The notes under the pieces are model-generated. The model saw only the letters and a program-made list of their open reading frames with translations. It ran no database searches and was not told where the DNA came from. 42,995 nucleotides of DNA from Reyranella sp. (GTDB lineage: Bacteria > Pseudomonadota > Alphaproteobacteria > Reyranellales > Reyranellaceae), in NCBI GenBank assembly GCA_030681635.1, contig JAUXRT010000164.1:1-42995 (forward strand), in the 5' to 3' direction. Positions within the stretch are counted from its first letter, which is position 1. Each line of letters opens with the position of its first letter. Shown here in pieces: positions 29,315 through 38,495 of this stretch. Both the position numbers and the translations under genes were made by a program.

Positions 29315-29887
29315 ATGTCGCAATTTGACCGATATGTCGCAAGGCTGAACGACGTCTTGCGCGCGACTGAAGTCACCGACCTTCGCGGTGCCCGCAGGGA
29401 CGTCGGCGAGGCGCTCGATCGGGTACTGGCCGATGCGCGGGCGGCCCACGCACGGGGCGACAAGATGATGTTCATCGGCAATGGCGGGTCGTCGGCGATT
29501 TCGAGCCACATGTCCGAGGATTTTTCCAAGGCCGCCGGCATTCGCGCTTTGTCCTTCAACGATGCGCCGACACTGACATGTCTCGGCAACGATTACGGCT
29601 ACGAGCATGTCTTCGAGAAGCAAATCGAGTGGTTCGCACGCAGGGGCGACATGCTCGTGGCGATTTCCTCGTCGGGGCGTTCGCCCAACATTCTCAAGGG
29701 CGTCGCTGCCGCGCGCGCGGCCGGCGCGGAAGTGGTTACCCTGAGCGGCTTCGAGCCCAGCAATCCGCTGCGTGGCGCCGGCGATCTCAATTTCTATCTG
29801 CCGTCCATGCAGTACGGTTTTGTCGAGGCCGGGCATCTCGCCCTGCTGTCGGCGGTTGTTGACTTTGCGATGGGATGGAAAGAATGA
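29315..29887 (+). CDS. SIS-domain phosphosugar isomerase (GmhA-like)
   Basis: IGNGGS, LTCLGNDYGYEHVF, ISSSGRSPNI, YGFVEAGH. Confidence 0.88.
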   Translation: MSQFDRYVARLNDVLRATEVTDLRGARRDVGEALDRVLADARAAHARGDKMMFIGNGGSSAISSHMSEDFSKAAGIRALSFNDAPTLTCLGNDYGYEHVFEKQIEWFARRGDMLVAISSSGRSPNILKGVAAARAAGAEVVTLSGFEPSNPLRGAGDLNFYLPSMQYGFVEAGHLALLSAVVDFAMGWKE

Positions 29888-30882
29888 CGGATCGGCGGTG
29901 GACCGTCCTGGTGACGGGCGGAGCCGGCTATGTCGGCAGTGTTCTGGTGCCCCGGCTGCTGGCCGAGGGACACAATGTCAGGGTCATCGACCTGTATCTG
30001 TACGGCAGGGATATCTTTGCGGCGTACCGCGGCCCGCGACTGACGGAAATCCAGGGCGATATCCGCGACCCAGTCGTCGTGGCCGAGGCGGTGAAGGGCT
30101 GCGACGCCGTCATCCATCTCGCCTGCATTTCCAACGACCCGTCGTTCGATCTCGATCCGTCGCTGGGCAAGTCGATCAACTACGACTGCTTCCGTCCTCT
30201 GGTGAAGACGTCGAAGGCCGCCGGCGTCGAGCGCTTCGTCTATGCCTCGTCGTCTTCCGTCTACGGCGTCAAGGACGTGCCCAATGTGACCGAGGACGAA
30301 CCCCTCGATCCGTTGACTGACTACTCCAAATACAAGGCGCTCTGCGAGGATGTCCTGGCCGAGGAACGCGCGTCGGGGTTCACCACGCTGACGGTGCGTC
30401 CAGCGACGGTGTGCGGCTACGGCCCGCGCCTGCGGCTCGACCTCACGGTCAATATCCTCACCAGCCACGCCTTCTTCAACAACCGCATCCGGGTGTTCGG
30501 CGGCGGCCAGAAACGGCCGAACATCCATATCGCGGACATGGTCGAGTTCTACGTCGAGAGCCTGCGTCAGCCGCACGAGCGGATCGACGGCAAGACCTTC
30601 AATGCCGGCTACGAGAACCACAAGGTCCAGGAAATCGCCGAGATGGTGCGCGACGTGGTCGGCAAGAAAGTCGAGATCGCGATAGAGCCGACAAACGATC
30701 ATCGCTCGTACCATATCTCCTCCGAGAAGGTGCAGCGCGAGCTCGGGTTCGTCGCGCGCCACACCATCAGCCAGGCGGCCGAGGATCTCGTGCGCGCGTT
30801 CCACGACGGCAAGGTGGCCAACTGGGACAGCGACCCGCGCTATTCCAACATCAAGCTGATGAAAGCGGTTCACCTCGCTTGA
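29884..30882 (+). CDS. NAD-dependent epimerase/dehydratase (extended SDR)
   Basis: VTGGAGYVGS, HLACISNDPS, ASSSSVYG, YSKYK, RPATVCG, RLDLTVN; ATGA overlap at 29884. Confidence 0.92.
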   Translation: MTDRRWTVLVTGGAGYVGSVLVPRLLAEGHNVRVIDLYLYGRDIFAAYRGPRLTEIQGDIRDPVVVAEAVKGCDAVIHLACISNDPSFDLDPSLGKSINYDCFRPLVKTSKAAGVERFVYASSSSVYGVKDVPNVTEDEPLDPLTDYSKYKALCEDVLAEERASGFTTLTVRPATVCGYGPRLRLDLTVNILTSHAFFNNRIRVFGGGQKRPNIHIADMVEFYVESLRQPHERIDGKTFNAGYENHKVQEIAEMVRDVVGKKVEIAIEPTNDHRSYHISSEKVQRELGFVARHTISQAAEDLVRAFHDGKVANWDSDPRYSNIKLMKAVHLA

Positions 30883-30889
30883 GGCCCAA

Positions 30890-31471
30890 GTGATCGGCCT
30901 GGACTTCGACAACACGCTCGTTGACTACGCCGAGGCTTTTCGCGCAGAAGCAGCCAGGCTCGACCTGGGCCGCGTGTCGACAAAGACCGAGATCCGGGAC
31001 TGCCTGAGACTCCGGGCCGGAGGCGAGATCGTCTGGCAGAAGCTGCAAGCACGCGTGTACGGTCCCGGCATCGCACAGGCGCAGATGATGCAGGGCGCTC
31101 GGGCCTTTATTGACGAATGCATCCGTCGAAAGATTCCCCTAGCAATTATCAGTCACAAGACCCGCTATGCTGCGCAGGATCCGGGGGGCGTCGACCTGCG
31201 GCAGGCGGCACGCGAATGGCTTGGCCGCCAGAATATCGGGATCGCTCACGAGAATGTCTTCTTCGAGGAGACGCGCGAGGCGAAACTGAACCGTATTGGC
31301 CGCCTGGATTGCCGCTATTTTGTCGATGACCTGTCTGAAGTCCTCCTGGATCAGCAATTTCCGCCCACGACGCAGCGTCTCTGGCTGACGGCCGCGATGG
31401 AAACGCCACAACCGCCGATAGACGCTGCCGGTGATTGGTTCCAGATCGCTCGCTACATCTTCGTTTCCTAA
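30890..31471 (+). CDS. HAD-superfamily hydrolase/phosphatase
   Basis: GLDFDNTL (DxD), IISHKT, K, FVDDL. Confidence 0.82.
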   Translation: MIGLDFDNTLVDYAEAFRAEAARLDLGRVSTKTEIRDCLRLRAGGEIVWQKLQARVYGPGIAQAQMMQGARAFIDECIRRKIPLAIISHKTRYAAQDPGGVDLRQAAREWLGRQNIGIAHENVFFEETREAKLNRIGRLDCRYFVDDLSEVLLDQQFPPTTQRLWLTAAMETPQPPIDAAGDWFQIARYIFVS

Positions 31472-31622
31472 CCCTGTGAGTGCGCGACTGTGCAGCCAGC
31501 GCTGCATTGAATCGGCCCTCTGATTACTATAGAATTTCGGTACTTCTCCGCCCTCCAATTCGTGTGGGACGGTATCTTTTCGAAGCAAATCAATCCCCTT
31601 CTGACCCGAGACTTTATACTGC

Positions 31623-32630
31623 GTGATGATTCTTTCGAATATCGGGGTCAGAACGGCGATTTCCGTATTGGTGCTCTGCGCTGCTGTCGCTTATCTGGTT
31701 GCGCGTGACGAATGCTGTTCGATGGATTCAAACCTGCTGCTAGCTACTGCGGCCCTCCAGCCCGTCAACATGCTCGTTATCGCGACAGTGGGGTGGCGCT
31801 TTATCTTGCTCGCTCATCCACCGCGCCCCACTTTTTGGTCTAGTCTGAAGGCCAGCACGCTGGCAACCGGCCTAAACATCATAGCCCCTGCTCGCGGCGG
31901 CGACTTTATCAGGCTTACTTATCTCCGACAGCGCGAGGGCACGCCACTCGGTATCGGCTTATCTATTTCGATCATTGAACGCGTTGCCGATCTAATCGTG
32001 CTCTCCGCGATGGCGATCATCGTCGCCAGCTTGGTATTGCAGTCGAAGATCATCGTACCGATCGTCGCGATCTCTGCACTCGGCGTCGGATTGATTATAC
32101 TTTCGGCGCTGTTGCCGCTCTGGTTGGCAATCCTGCGCAGGATTTTTCCGGCCGCTGTCGCGGCTTTTCTCACTTCGGTTACGACAGAAACAGCGGCGCG
32201 AATTCGCGACGGAAAAATTTTCCTCGCGCTCGCCGCATCGGCGCTCTACATGGGGCTGGGCCTAGTTGCAACCTTGATCTTTTTCCGGATCGCGACGGAA
32301 CAGGAGTTCTCGCTCACCCTCGCGGCGATGGTCCTTGTGTTCGCGAGCCTTGGCGGCGCGATCCCGATTCTTCCCGGCGGCCTCGCGACATTCGAAGCCG
32401 GGGTCATCGCAGCCCTGATGTATGGCGGATATTCGGCAAGCGACGCGCTGAAGCTGGCGGTCGTCTATCGCCTCCAGCAATACGTCCTGGCGACGCCTCT
32501 CGCCCTGCTGGTCGCTTCCCGCGAGCGCGTCGGACTGAGCGCAATGTTTTCTGAAATGTTCCGACTGCTTACCAACCGGCGCATGCCACCAGACCTGCCT
32601 CCCACATCCTCTACGAATGAAAATCATTAA
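31623..32630 (+). CDS. Lysylphosphatidylglycerol synthase TM / UPF0104 flippase-like membrane protein
   Basis: N..APARGGDFIR, IERVADL, PGGLATFE, YR; about 8 TM segments. Confidence 0.82.
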   Translation: MMILSNIGVRTAISVLVLCAAVAYLVARDECCSMDSNLLLATAALQPVNMLVIATVGWRFILLAHPPRPTFWSSLKASTLATGLNIIAPARGGDFIRLTYLRQREGTPLGIGLSISIIERVADLIVLSAMAIIVASLVLQSKIIVPIVAISALGVGLIILSALLPLWLAILRRIFPAAVAAFLTSVTTETAARIRDGKIFLALAASALYMGLGLVATLIFFRIATEQEFSLTLAAMVLVFASLGGAIPILPGGLATFEAGVIAALMYGGYSASDALKLAVVYRLQQYVLATPLALLVASRERVGLSAMFSEMFRLLTNRRMPPDLPPTSSTNENH

Positions 32631-35600
32631 GACGCTCGATCGCGGGATCGCGCAAGACGAGCCCATCGAGATCGAATATCGGTTCGAGCGGGCGCTGACG
32701 ATCATCGTTCCAGCACTCAATGAAGCCGCAGCCATTCGCGATGTCGTTGAAGGCCTGGTGCGTGTCGCAAAGGACTGCCTCGACAGGTTTGAGATCGTGG
32801 CCATCGACGACGGCAGCGCCGACGATACCGGCGCAATTCTCGACGAACTGAAGAAGAAGATTCCCGAACTTGCAGTCGTGCATCACACGCAGCGCCAGGG
32901 TGTCGGCGTCGGCTTTCGAGCAGGTCTCGCGCTGGCGACCGCTCCCTTCGTTACGGTCGTTCCGGGCGACGGCGCTTATCCGCCGGAGAGTCTGCGAGCA
33001 GCGTTCAAGATGGTCGGCAGCGCACGCCATATCGGCTCGACGCGGATGAACCAGGCATCTGCCCGTGGTTCGTTTCGCTCGCTCTATTCGCGGATATACA
33101 AATTCGGAATCGGCTGGCTGCTTCAGCTCCCCGTAAGCGATCTTCACAGCGTCCACATTTACGCCGTCGACTCGCTGCGGCGATTGCGGCTCACGCAGAA
33201 CGGCTACCTGTATGGCATTGAAGCGCTTGCCGCTGCCGACATCGACCCGCACGACTTGAGCGAAACAGAGGTGACGCTTGCACCCGATCGGGACCGTGTG
33301 AACCGATCATTACATCTTTCGACCTTACTGGATTTGCTTTCCACACTCGGCTCTCTCTCTCATCGCTTGTTCGCCGGTTTGAAAGCTCACGGGCTACTGG
33401 TGCTTCTGGCGGCTTACAGTCTGGTTTGGGTGCTGCTTTGCCTGCAGTTCAACGAGACTCCGCATCTTCAGGATTTGGTTCCAAAGGGCGCAAGATCTTC
33501 TTGGTCCTATCTCGCGGCAACGCTCGCTACGTTGCCGGCAATCGTCCTGCTCCCGCTGACATTTGGCCTGCTGCTGCTTTCGCTATTCGATCGCAAGAAC
33601 AATATTCCCCACCCGTCCGACGACCATGTCCTGTTGTCGATCATTGCGGGAGCGGCCGCGCTGATTCCGCTCGGCACGCTTCTGGGAGCTGCCGGCTTGC
33701 TGCAGCAGGCCATTATTGCGCCAGTGTGCCTAGCTGTCGTTTGGCTCGGCCTGCTACGGCATCCCGGCGCGCTGCGATCGTTCTTTGATTACGTGGTCCT
33801 TCGTGGCACCGCGACAAGACCTTCCGTCGTGCTGACGCGCCTGACCGTGCTCTGCGCCCTCCTGCTCGTCCTGATCGGACAGGCTTTACCGGTGGACGTT
33901 TTGTCAACCGACGTGATGCAGATATACTATGCGTTTCTGGCGCGCGTGAAAGTCGCCGGCAACTTCTGGATCGACTCATCCGCCCCCGATCTGTCTGATT
34001 TCCTCATTGGCCGCGGCAACGGACTGCACATGATCCTCGCCGCCATGTTTCACCCTTACATCGGCGGCCTGATCAGCATTGCCTATATCTGCGGCATTCT
34101 GCTCATCGTTCGTCGGGTCGGTGCACTGCTGTTGGACGGCACGCTGGGAAAGCAAGCCGACTTGCGGCAAAGTGCATGGGTTGCGGCTCTCGATCTGCTT
34201 GTGCTGGCGACACTGATATCAACGCTCTTGCGCGTTGAATTCGCCAAATATCATCTACAGCTCGGCTTCCTTGTTGCAGCGGGTCTCTATCTTCTCGTCC
34301 TGCAATTTCATCGCGAGGCGAAAGCGGGGATGAAAACATCGCTCGTAGCCGCGATCTCACTAGCCGTCGCGCTTCCGTTCATTTTCCCTCAACATCTCGT
34401 ATTCGCTGGCATTCTCCTGGGTGCCGCCACCGCCGTGGGCTTCCTGTATCGAAACTGGCGATTTGTGTCGGCTACCGTGGGAGTAGGTGTTATTGCCGGC
34501 CTCGCCTGCTTTCTTTCGCTGATGATCAACTACACTTTTGTCGGCATTCCCGAGCTTTATCCCACCTCGATCTTTGCCAGGTTCGCTGATGCTGAGCGCT
34601 ACGGCCAATTGTCGAGCTTCGAAGTCTGGCGATACATCTATCTTGCTCAGAATTTGAACGATCAAGCTATTGAGATCGGCCCGAGTGCCGCCGAGCGCTT
34701 TTTTAAGTTCCTTAACGGAGCACTGGTTAATGCGATTCTGCTCGGTTCGGCCGAACTGCGCGGATGGATTCTCGCATGGAACGATGCGCATTGGAAATGG
34801 CTTGCCGGCGATCCCCGGTTTGCCGTCACCTGCCTCTTGCCCCTGATCCTTGTCACTCTCGTCGTCCTGTACAAGCCGCGCGCGCGAATTCTTCCAGTCA
34901 CCATCGCCGTCTTATTGCTTACGGCCCCGGCCAGCTATATCGCCGGCCAGTGGCCCAGCGTGTTCGTGATCGCCGCGCCGGTGTCCCTCTATGCGGTGCT
35001 TTCCGCCTCCGCGGCGGCGCTCATCGCAGCGGCAATTGCCAAATCCGCCGCGACCGCCAACGAGCGCTCCGGGAACGATGTCAGCATGAGCCTTGTTGGA
35101 AAAGTGTCGTTGGCATTGATGTTCGTGTTGCTTGGGATGGGCCTTCTTTATGCGCTTGTGCCTGGTGAGAGCATCAACCGGATGTTTTTGGCTTTTTCGC
35201 CTTTGACTTCTGTTCTCGTCATTCTGTTTGCCTGTGTGTGGGCAGGATTGTTTTTGAACGCGCGTTCTAGCGCGATAGCGCTGGCACAGCTTGCGGGGCG
35301 TCCGGATCGCTTCAAGGTCGTAAATATTACTCAGGTCGTTGCCTGTCTGATCATCTGCACGGCCATGCCCGCGATTCTGATTGGAGTTCCCGCCGCGCAA
35401 CTGGGCGCCGGCACCCCCTTCGCAGCACTTGCCATCGCCGTGCATATTCTGATTGTCGCGCTGGCGAGCATCAGCCTCTACCGTCTGCTGCGGCCCGGGC
35501 TATTCAAAGGGCTTTCGCTGTCACGATGGGCTTCGTTGGATGCGCGGTTTGTCGGCCGAACGGTCGCGACTGCCTTTGCCCTCTTCGCACTAACCAGTAT

Positions 35601-36192
35601 ATGGAACGAGCGCGGTTCTCTGCTTCACATGATCAAGCAGGTCAGAAACCCGGCCGATGGACCGATGTATGGCGACTACACGTGGAATTTCGATCGCTGT
35701 ATCGAGATGGCGGAGATTGTAAAGGGACGCGGCAGAATTCTGCCCGTGAACGCGACGGAACAGGCCATTCCGTGCTACGCGCCGATCGGCCTTCCGCGCG
35801 GCACCTTCGTTCATCACTACAATTCCCTACTCGCCCCCAACTACGCGCTAGCGCTTTATGGTTCGCCCGATGAGCTCGAGAAGTTCTACCGCTCAAACAA
35901 CGTGAACTTCTTCTATTTTGACCGGCAGGAGCGAGACTATATATGGGGTCACGGCTTCAGTAGCCTGTTCGGGTCCGAAAGCCTGTTGCGCCGGTTCGAC
36001 GTTGCACACGAAGCTAAGGACTATTTTCTTCTCACCTGGCGAGGACAGGGGCAACGGCCGGTAGATGCGGAAATCACCGATGAGTTGGCGCGCCTCCGGC
36101 CGCTCAAGATCAAGAATTGGCCACTTGCCCAAAAGGCCTACGAACGACTGAGGCAGGAGCTTTTGGAAAGTCCTAGGGCCAAAGCAAACTGA
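32617..36192 (+). CDS. GT2 (polyprenyl-phosphate glycosyltransferase-like) domain fused to a large multipass membrane domain
   Basis: N-terminal IIVPALNE, IDDGSADDT, G.G..FRAG, VVPGDG; then about 900 aa with many TM helices and a soluble C-terminus; 1191 aa open frame. Confidence 0.8.
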   Translation: MKIIKTLDRGIAQDEPIEIEYRFERALTIIVPALNEAAAIRDVVEGLVRVAKDCLDRFEIVAIDDGSADDTGAILDELKKKIPELAVVHHTQRQGVGVGFRAGLALATAPFVTVVPGDGAYPPESLRAAFKMVGSARHIGSTRMNQASARGSFRSLYSRIYKFGIGWLLQLPVSDLHSVHIYAVDSLRRLRLTQNGYLYGIEALAAADIDPHDLSETEVTLAPDRDRVNRSLHLSTLLDLLSTLGSLSHRLFAGLKAHGLLVLLAAYSLVWVLLCLQFNETPHLQDLVPKGARSSWSYLAATLATLPAIVLLPLTFGLLLLSLFDRKNNIPHPSDDHVLLSIIAGAAALIPLGTLLGAAGLLQQAIIAPVCLAVVWLGLLRHPGALRSFFDYVVLRGTATRPSVVLTRLTVLCALLLVLIGQALPVDVLSTDVMQIYYAFLARVKVAGNFWIDSSAPDLSDFLIGRGNGLHMILAAMFHPYIGGLISIAYICGILLIVRRVGALLLDGTLGKQADLRQSAWVAALDLLVLATLISTLLRVEFAKYHLQLGFLVAAGLYLLVLQFHREAKAGMKTSLVAAISLAVALPFIFPQHLVFAGILLGAATAVGFLYRNWRFVSATVGVGVIAGLACFLSLMINYTFVGIPELYPTSIFARFADAERYGQLSSFEVWRYIYLAQNLNDQAIEIGPSAAERFFKFLNGALVNAILLGSAELRGWILAWNDAHWKWLAGDPRFAVTCLLPLILVTLVVLYKPRARILPVTIAVLLLTAPASYIAGQWPSVFVIAAPVSLYAVLSASAAALIAAAIAKSAATANERSGNDVSMSLVGKVSLALMFVLLGMGLLYALVPGESINRMFLAFSPLTSVLVILFACVWAGLFLNARSSAIALAQLAGRPDRFKVVNITQVVACLIICTAMPAILIGVPAAQLGAGTPFAALAIAVHILIVALASISLYRLLRPGLFKGLSLSRWASLDARFVGRTVATAFALFALTSIWNERGSLLHMIKQVRNPADGPMYGDYTWNFDRCIEMAEIVKGRGRILPVNATEQAIPCYAPIGLPRGTFVHHYNSLLAPNYALALYGSPDELEKFYRSNNVNFFYFDRQERDYIWGHGFSSLFGSESLLRRFDVAHEAKDYFLLTWRGQGQRPVDAEITDELARLRPLKIKNWPLAQKAYERLRQELLESPRAKAN

Positions 36193-36337
36193 ACGTCGAC
36201 TGTACGGGCTAGAGGGCCAAACACTCAGGGTCGCTCGAAACCTTGCGCAAATCACTTCGTCGCATCTTCCCGATTAATGTAGATGATCGTCGCAGCCAAT
36301 GGATTGTCGTCGGTCCATCTTAAAGTATTGTTGTCGA

Positions 36338-37555
36338 ATGATTGTCGACCAAGCAGTCTTTCTCGTCGGAGGACTCGGCACGCGACTGGGCAGCCTTACA
36401 GCCCATAGCGCCAAGCCAGTTCTCGAAGTGGCAGGAAAACCATTCGTTGAACACCTGCTCGATGAGGCGAGCCGATTCGGCTTTCGGAAAGCCTTGCTGC
36501 TTTGCGGCCATCGGGCTGCGGACCTTCGCGCAGCCTATGACGGGAGAAGCTTTGGCAGCTTGAAGGTCGAGGTCGCGGTCGAAGCTGAGCCGGCTGGCAC
36601 AGCGGGCGCTCTTGCGCTATCGGCCGACCGGCTGGACGACGTCTTTCTCCTCGCCAACGGAGACTCCTTCTTTGATTTCAACTGGCTCTCCCTTGTCCCG
36701 GCTCTGGCGCGCGACGACTGGACGATGCACGCCGCTCTGGCGCGCGGTGTGCGCGGTGGACGATATGGGCGCGTGGAACTCGCCGGAGAGCGCATTTCCC
36801 GGTTCCTGCCCAAGGGCGAGAGCGGCCTGCCCATCAATGCCGGGATTTACCTTGTGCGCCGGCGGTTGCTGGAACGTATCCGCACCGCGCCCTGCTCTCT
36901 GGAGAACGACATCCTGCCGACCCTGGCCGCCGACGGCGAACTACTGGGGCATTCTGCCGAAGGAGCCTTCATCGACATCGGCGTGCCAGAGGATTTCGAG
37001 AGGGCGCAGCTGGCACTTCCAGCCTTCCTGCGACGCCCCGCCGTCTTCCTCGACCGCGACGGTGTCCTGAACCACGACGACGGTTATGTTCATCGTCCCG
37101 ACCAGGTACGCTGGGTCGACGGTGCGATCGCGGCGGTGCGCTGGCTGAACGACGCAGGCTACTACGTCTTCGTGGTGACCAACCAGGCGGGGGTGGCGCG
37201 CGGCTATTATGGCGAGATGGATGTCCGGGCGCTGCATGACTGGATGCAGGGCGAACTGCACCGTGCAGGAGCTCATATCGATGCTTTTGAATACTGCCCC
37301 TACCACCCCGAGGGGACCGTCGAGACCTACCGCCGCACCTCCGACTTCCGCAAGCCCGGACCCGGCATGATTTTGAAGCTCAAGGGGGATTGGGGCATCG
37401 ACGAAGCCGGCTCCTTCCTGATCGGCGACCGGGACAGCGACCTGCAGGCGGCTGCGGGCGCCGGGATCGCGGGCCACCTGTTTAACGGCGGCAACCTGCT
37501 TAATTTTGTCAGGAAGCTCGTACCGGCGCGGCGAAGAATTCCCGGTTCCGATTGA
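36338..37555 (+). CDS. Sugar-1-phosphate nucleotidyltransferase (HddC-like) fused to a GmhB-like HAD-IIIA phosphatase
   Basis: LVGGLGTRL...KP, GTAGAL, NGDS, INAGIY, FIDIG; then FLDRDGVLN, TNQAG, CPYHP, RKPGPGM, IGDRDSD. Confidence 0.92.
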   Translation: MIVDQAVFLVGGLGTRLGSLTAHSAKPVLEVAGKPFVEHLLDEASRFGFRKALLLCGHRAADLRAAYDGRSFGSLKVEVAVEAEPAGTAGALALSADRLDDVFLLANGDSFFDFNWLSLVPALARDDWTMHAALARGVRGGRYGRVELAGERISRFLPKGESGLPINAGIYLVRRRLLERIRTAPCSLENDILPTLAADGELLGHSAEGAFIDIGVPEDFERAQLALPAFLRRPAVFLDRDGVLNHDDGYVHRPDQVRWVDGAIAAVRWLNDAGYYVFVVTNQAGVARGYYGEMDVRALHDWMQGELHRAGAHIDAFEYCPYHPEGTVETYRRTSDFRKPGPGMILKLKGDWGIDEAGSFLIGDRDSDLQAAAGAGIAGHLFNGGNLLNFVRKLVPARRRIPGSD

Positions 37556-38483
37556 TCGCCAGTACGGCCTCGACCGCCCCTGGCGGCAGGGGACCCAAGC
37601 TGCCGGCCAACGCGTTGGTTTCCGCCTCTGCCTGCCTCAGGATGCCCGGAATGGTGGTTGAGACCGCCGGGAAGGACAAACAAAAGCGCAAGGCCACCAG
37701 CACCCCCTCCCGCCCAGGCGATGCCTTGACGGCCGCCAGCAGGTCACTGGCGCCGTCGATCCAGTTGTCAAGCTGGGTGCAAGGCCAGGCACCACGGTGA
37801 TCGCCGGCCAGAAAAACCGTGCGCCGGTCGATTGTGCCCGACAGGAAGCCGAAGCAGAGCGGCGTCCGGGCAATGAAGGCCGTGCCGCGTCCTGCCACCT
37901 CGTCCAGCAGGCCGGAGGTCAGGGCCCGGACGTCCATCATGTTGAAGTTTGCCTGGATGAGTGGCGTCTGGGCCTGTTGGAGGGCCTCCAGGGCCATCTG
38001 GGGGCTTTTTGCTGAGATCCCCCAGGTCCGCACCTTGCCGGCTGCCACGAGCCGCTCCACGGCCTCACGGACGTCACCCGCCGCCAGTACCTCGGACGGC
38101 GGATTGTGAAGCTGCAGGACGTCGAGGTAGTCGGTCCCCAGCCGCCTGAGACTGGCCTCGGCAGACCGCTCGATGGCTTGCGGCGAAAAATCAGGCGGCC
38201 GGGTCCAGTTGTCGTAGCCGGCCTTGGTCGCGATGACGACATCCTGCCGCCGGCCGGCGAAGGCCCGGCCGATCAGCTCCTCGCTGTGGCCATCGCCATA
38301 GGCGCCCGACGTGTCGAAGAAGGTCATCCCGCACTCGAATGCCTTGCGGAGCGCAGCGAGGGACTGGGTGTCGTCGGTATCGCCGTAGGACGTATTGCCC
38401 GCAGTCCGGCCACCAATCCCCCACGCTCCGAATCCGACCTCGGAGACCAGAATCCCGGTGCTTCCCAGAGTGCGATAGCGCAT
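37509..38483 (-). CDS. Aldo/keto reductase
   Basis: YRTLGSTG..VSEVGFG, FDTSGAYGDG.SE, IATK, SLRRLGTDYLD..QLH. Confidence 0.93.
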   Translation of the reverse strand: MRYRTLGSTGILVSEVGFGAWGIGGRTAGNTSYGDTDDTQSLAALRKAFECGMTFFDTSGAYGDGHSEELIGRAFAGRRQDVVIATKAGYDNWTRPPDFSPQAIERSAEASLRRLGTDYLDVLQLHNPPSEVLAAGDVREAVERLVAAGKVRTWGISAKSPQMALEALQQAQTPLIQANFNMMDVRALTSGLLDEVAGRGTAFIARTPLCFGFLSGTIDRRTVFLAGDHRGAWPCTQLDNWIDGASDLLAAVKASPGREGVLVALRFCLSFPAVSTTIPGILRQAEAETNALAGSLGPLPPGAVEAVLAINRNREFFAAPVRAS

Positions 38484-38495
38484 CCGTCGTAGCGA

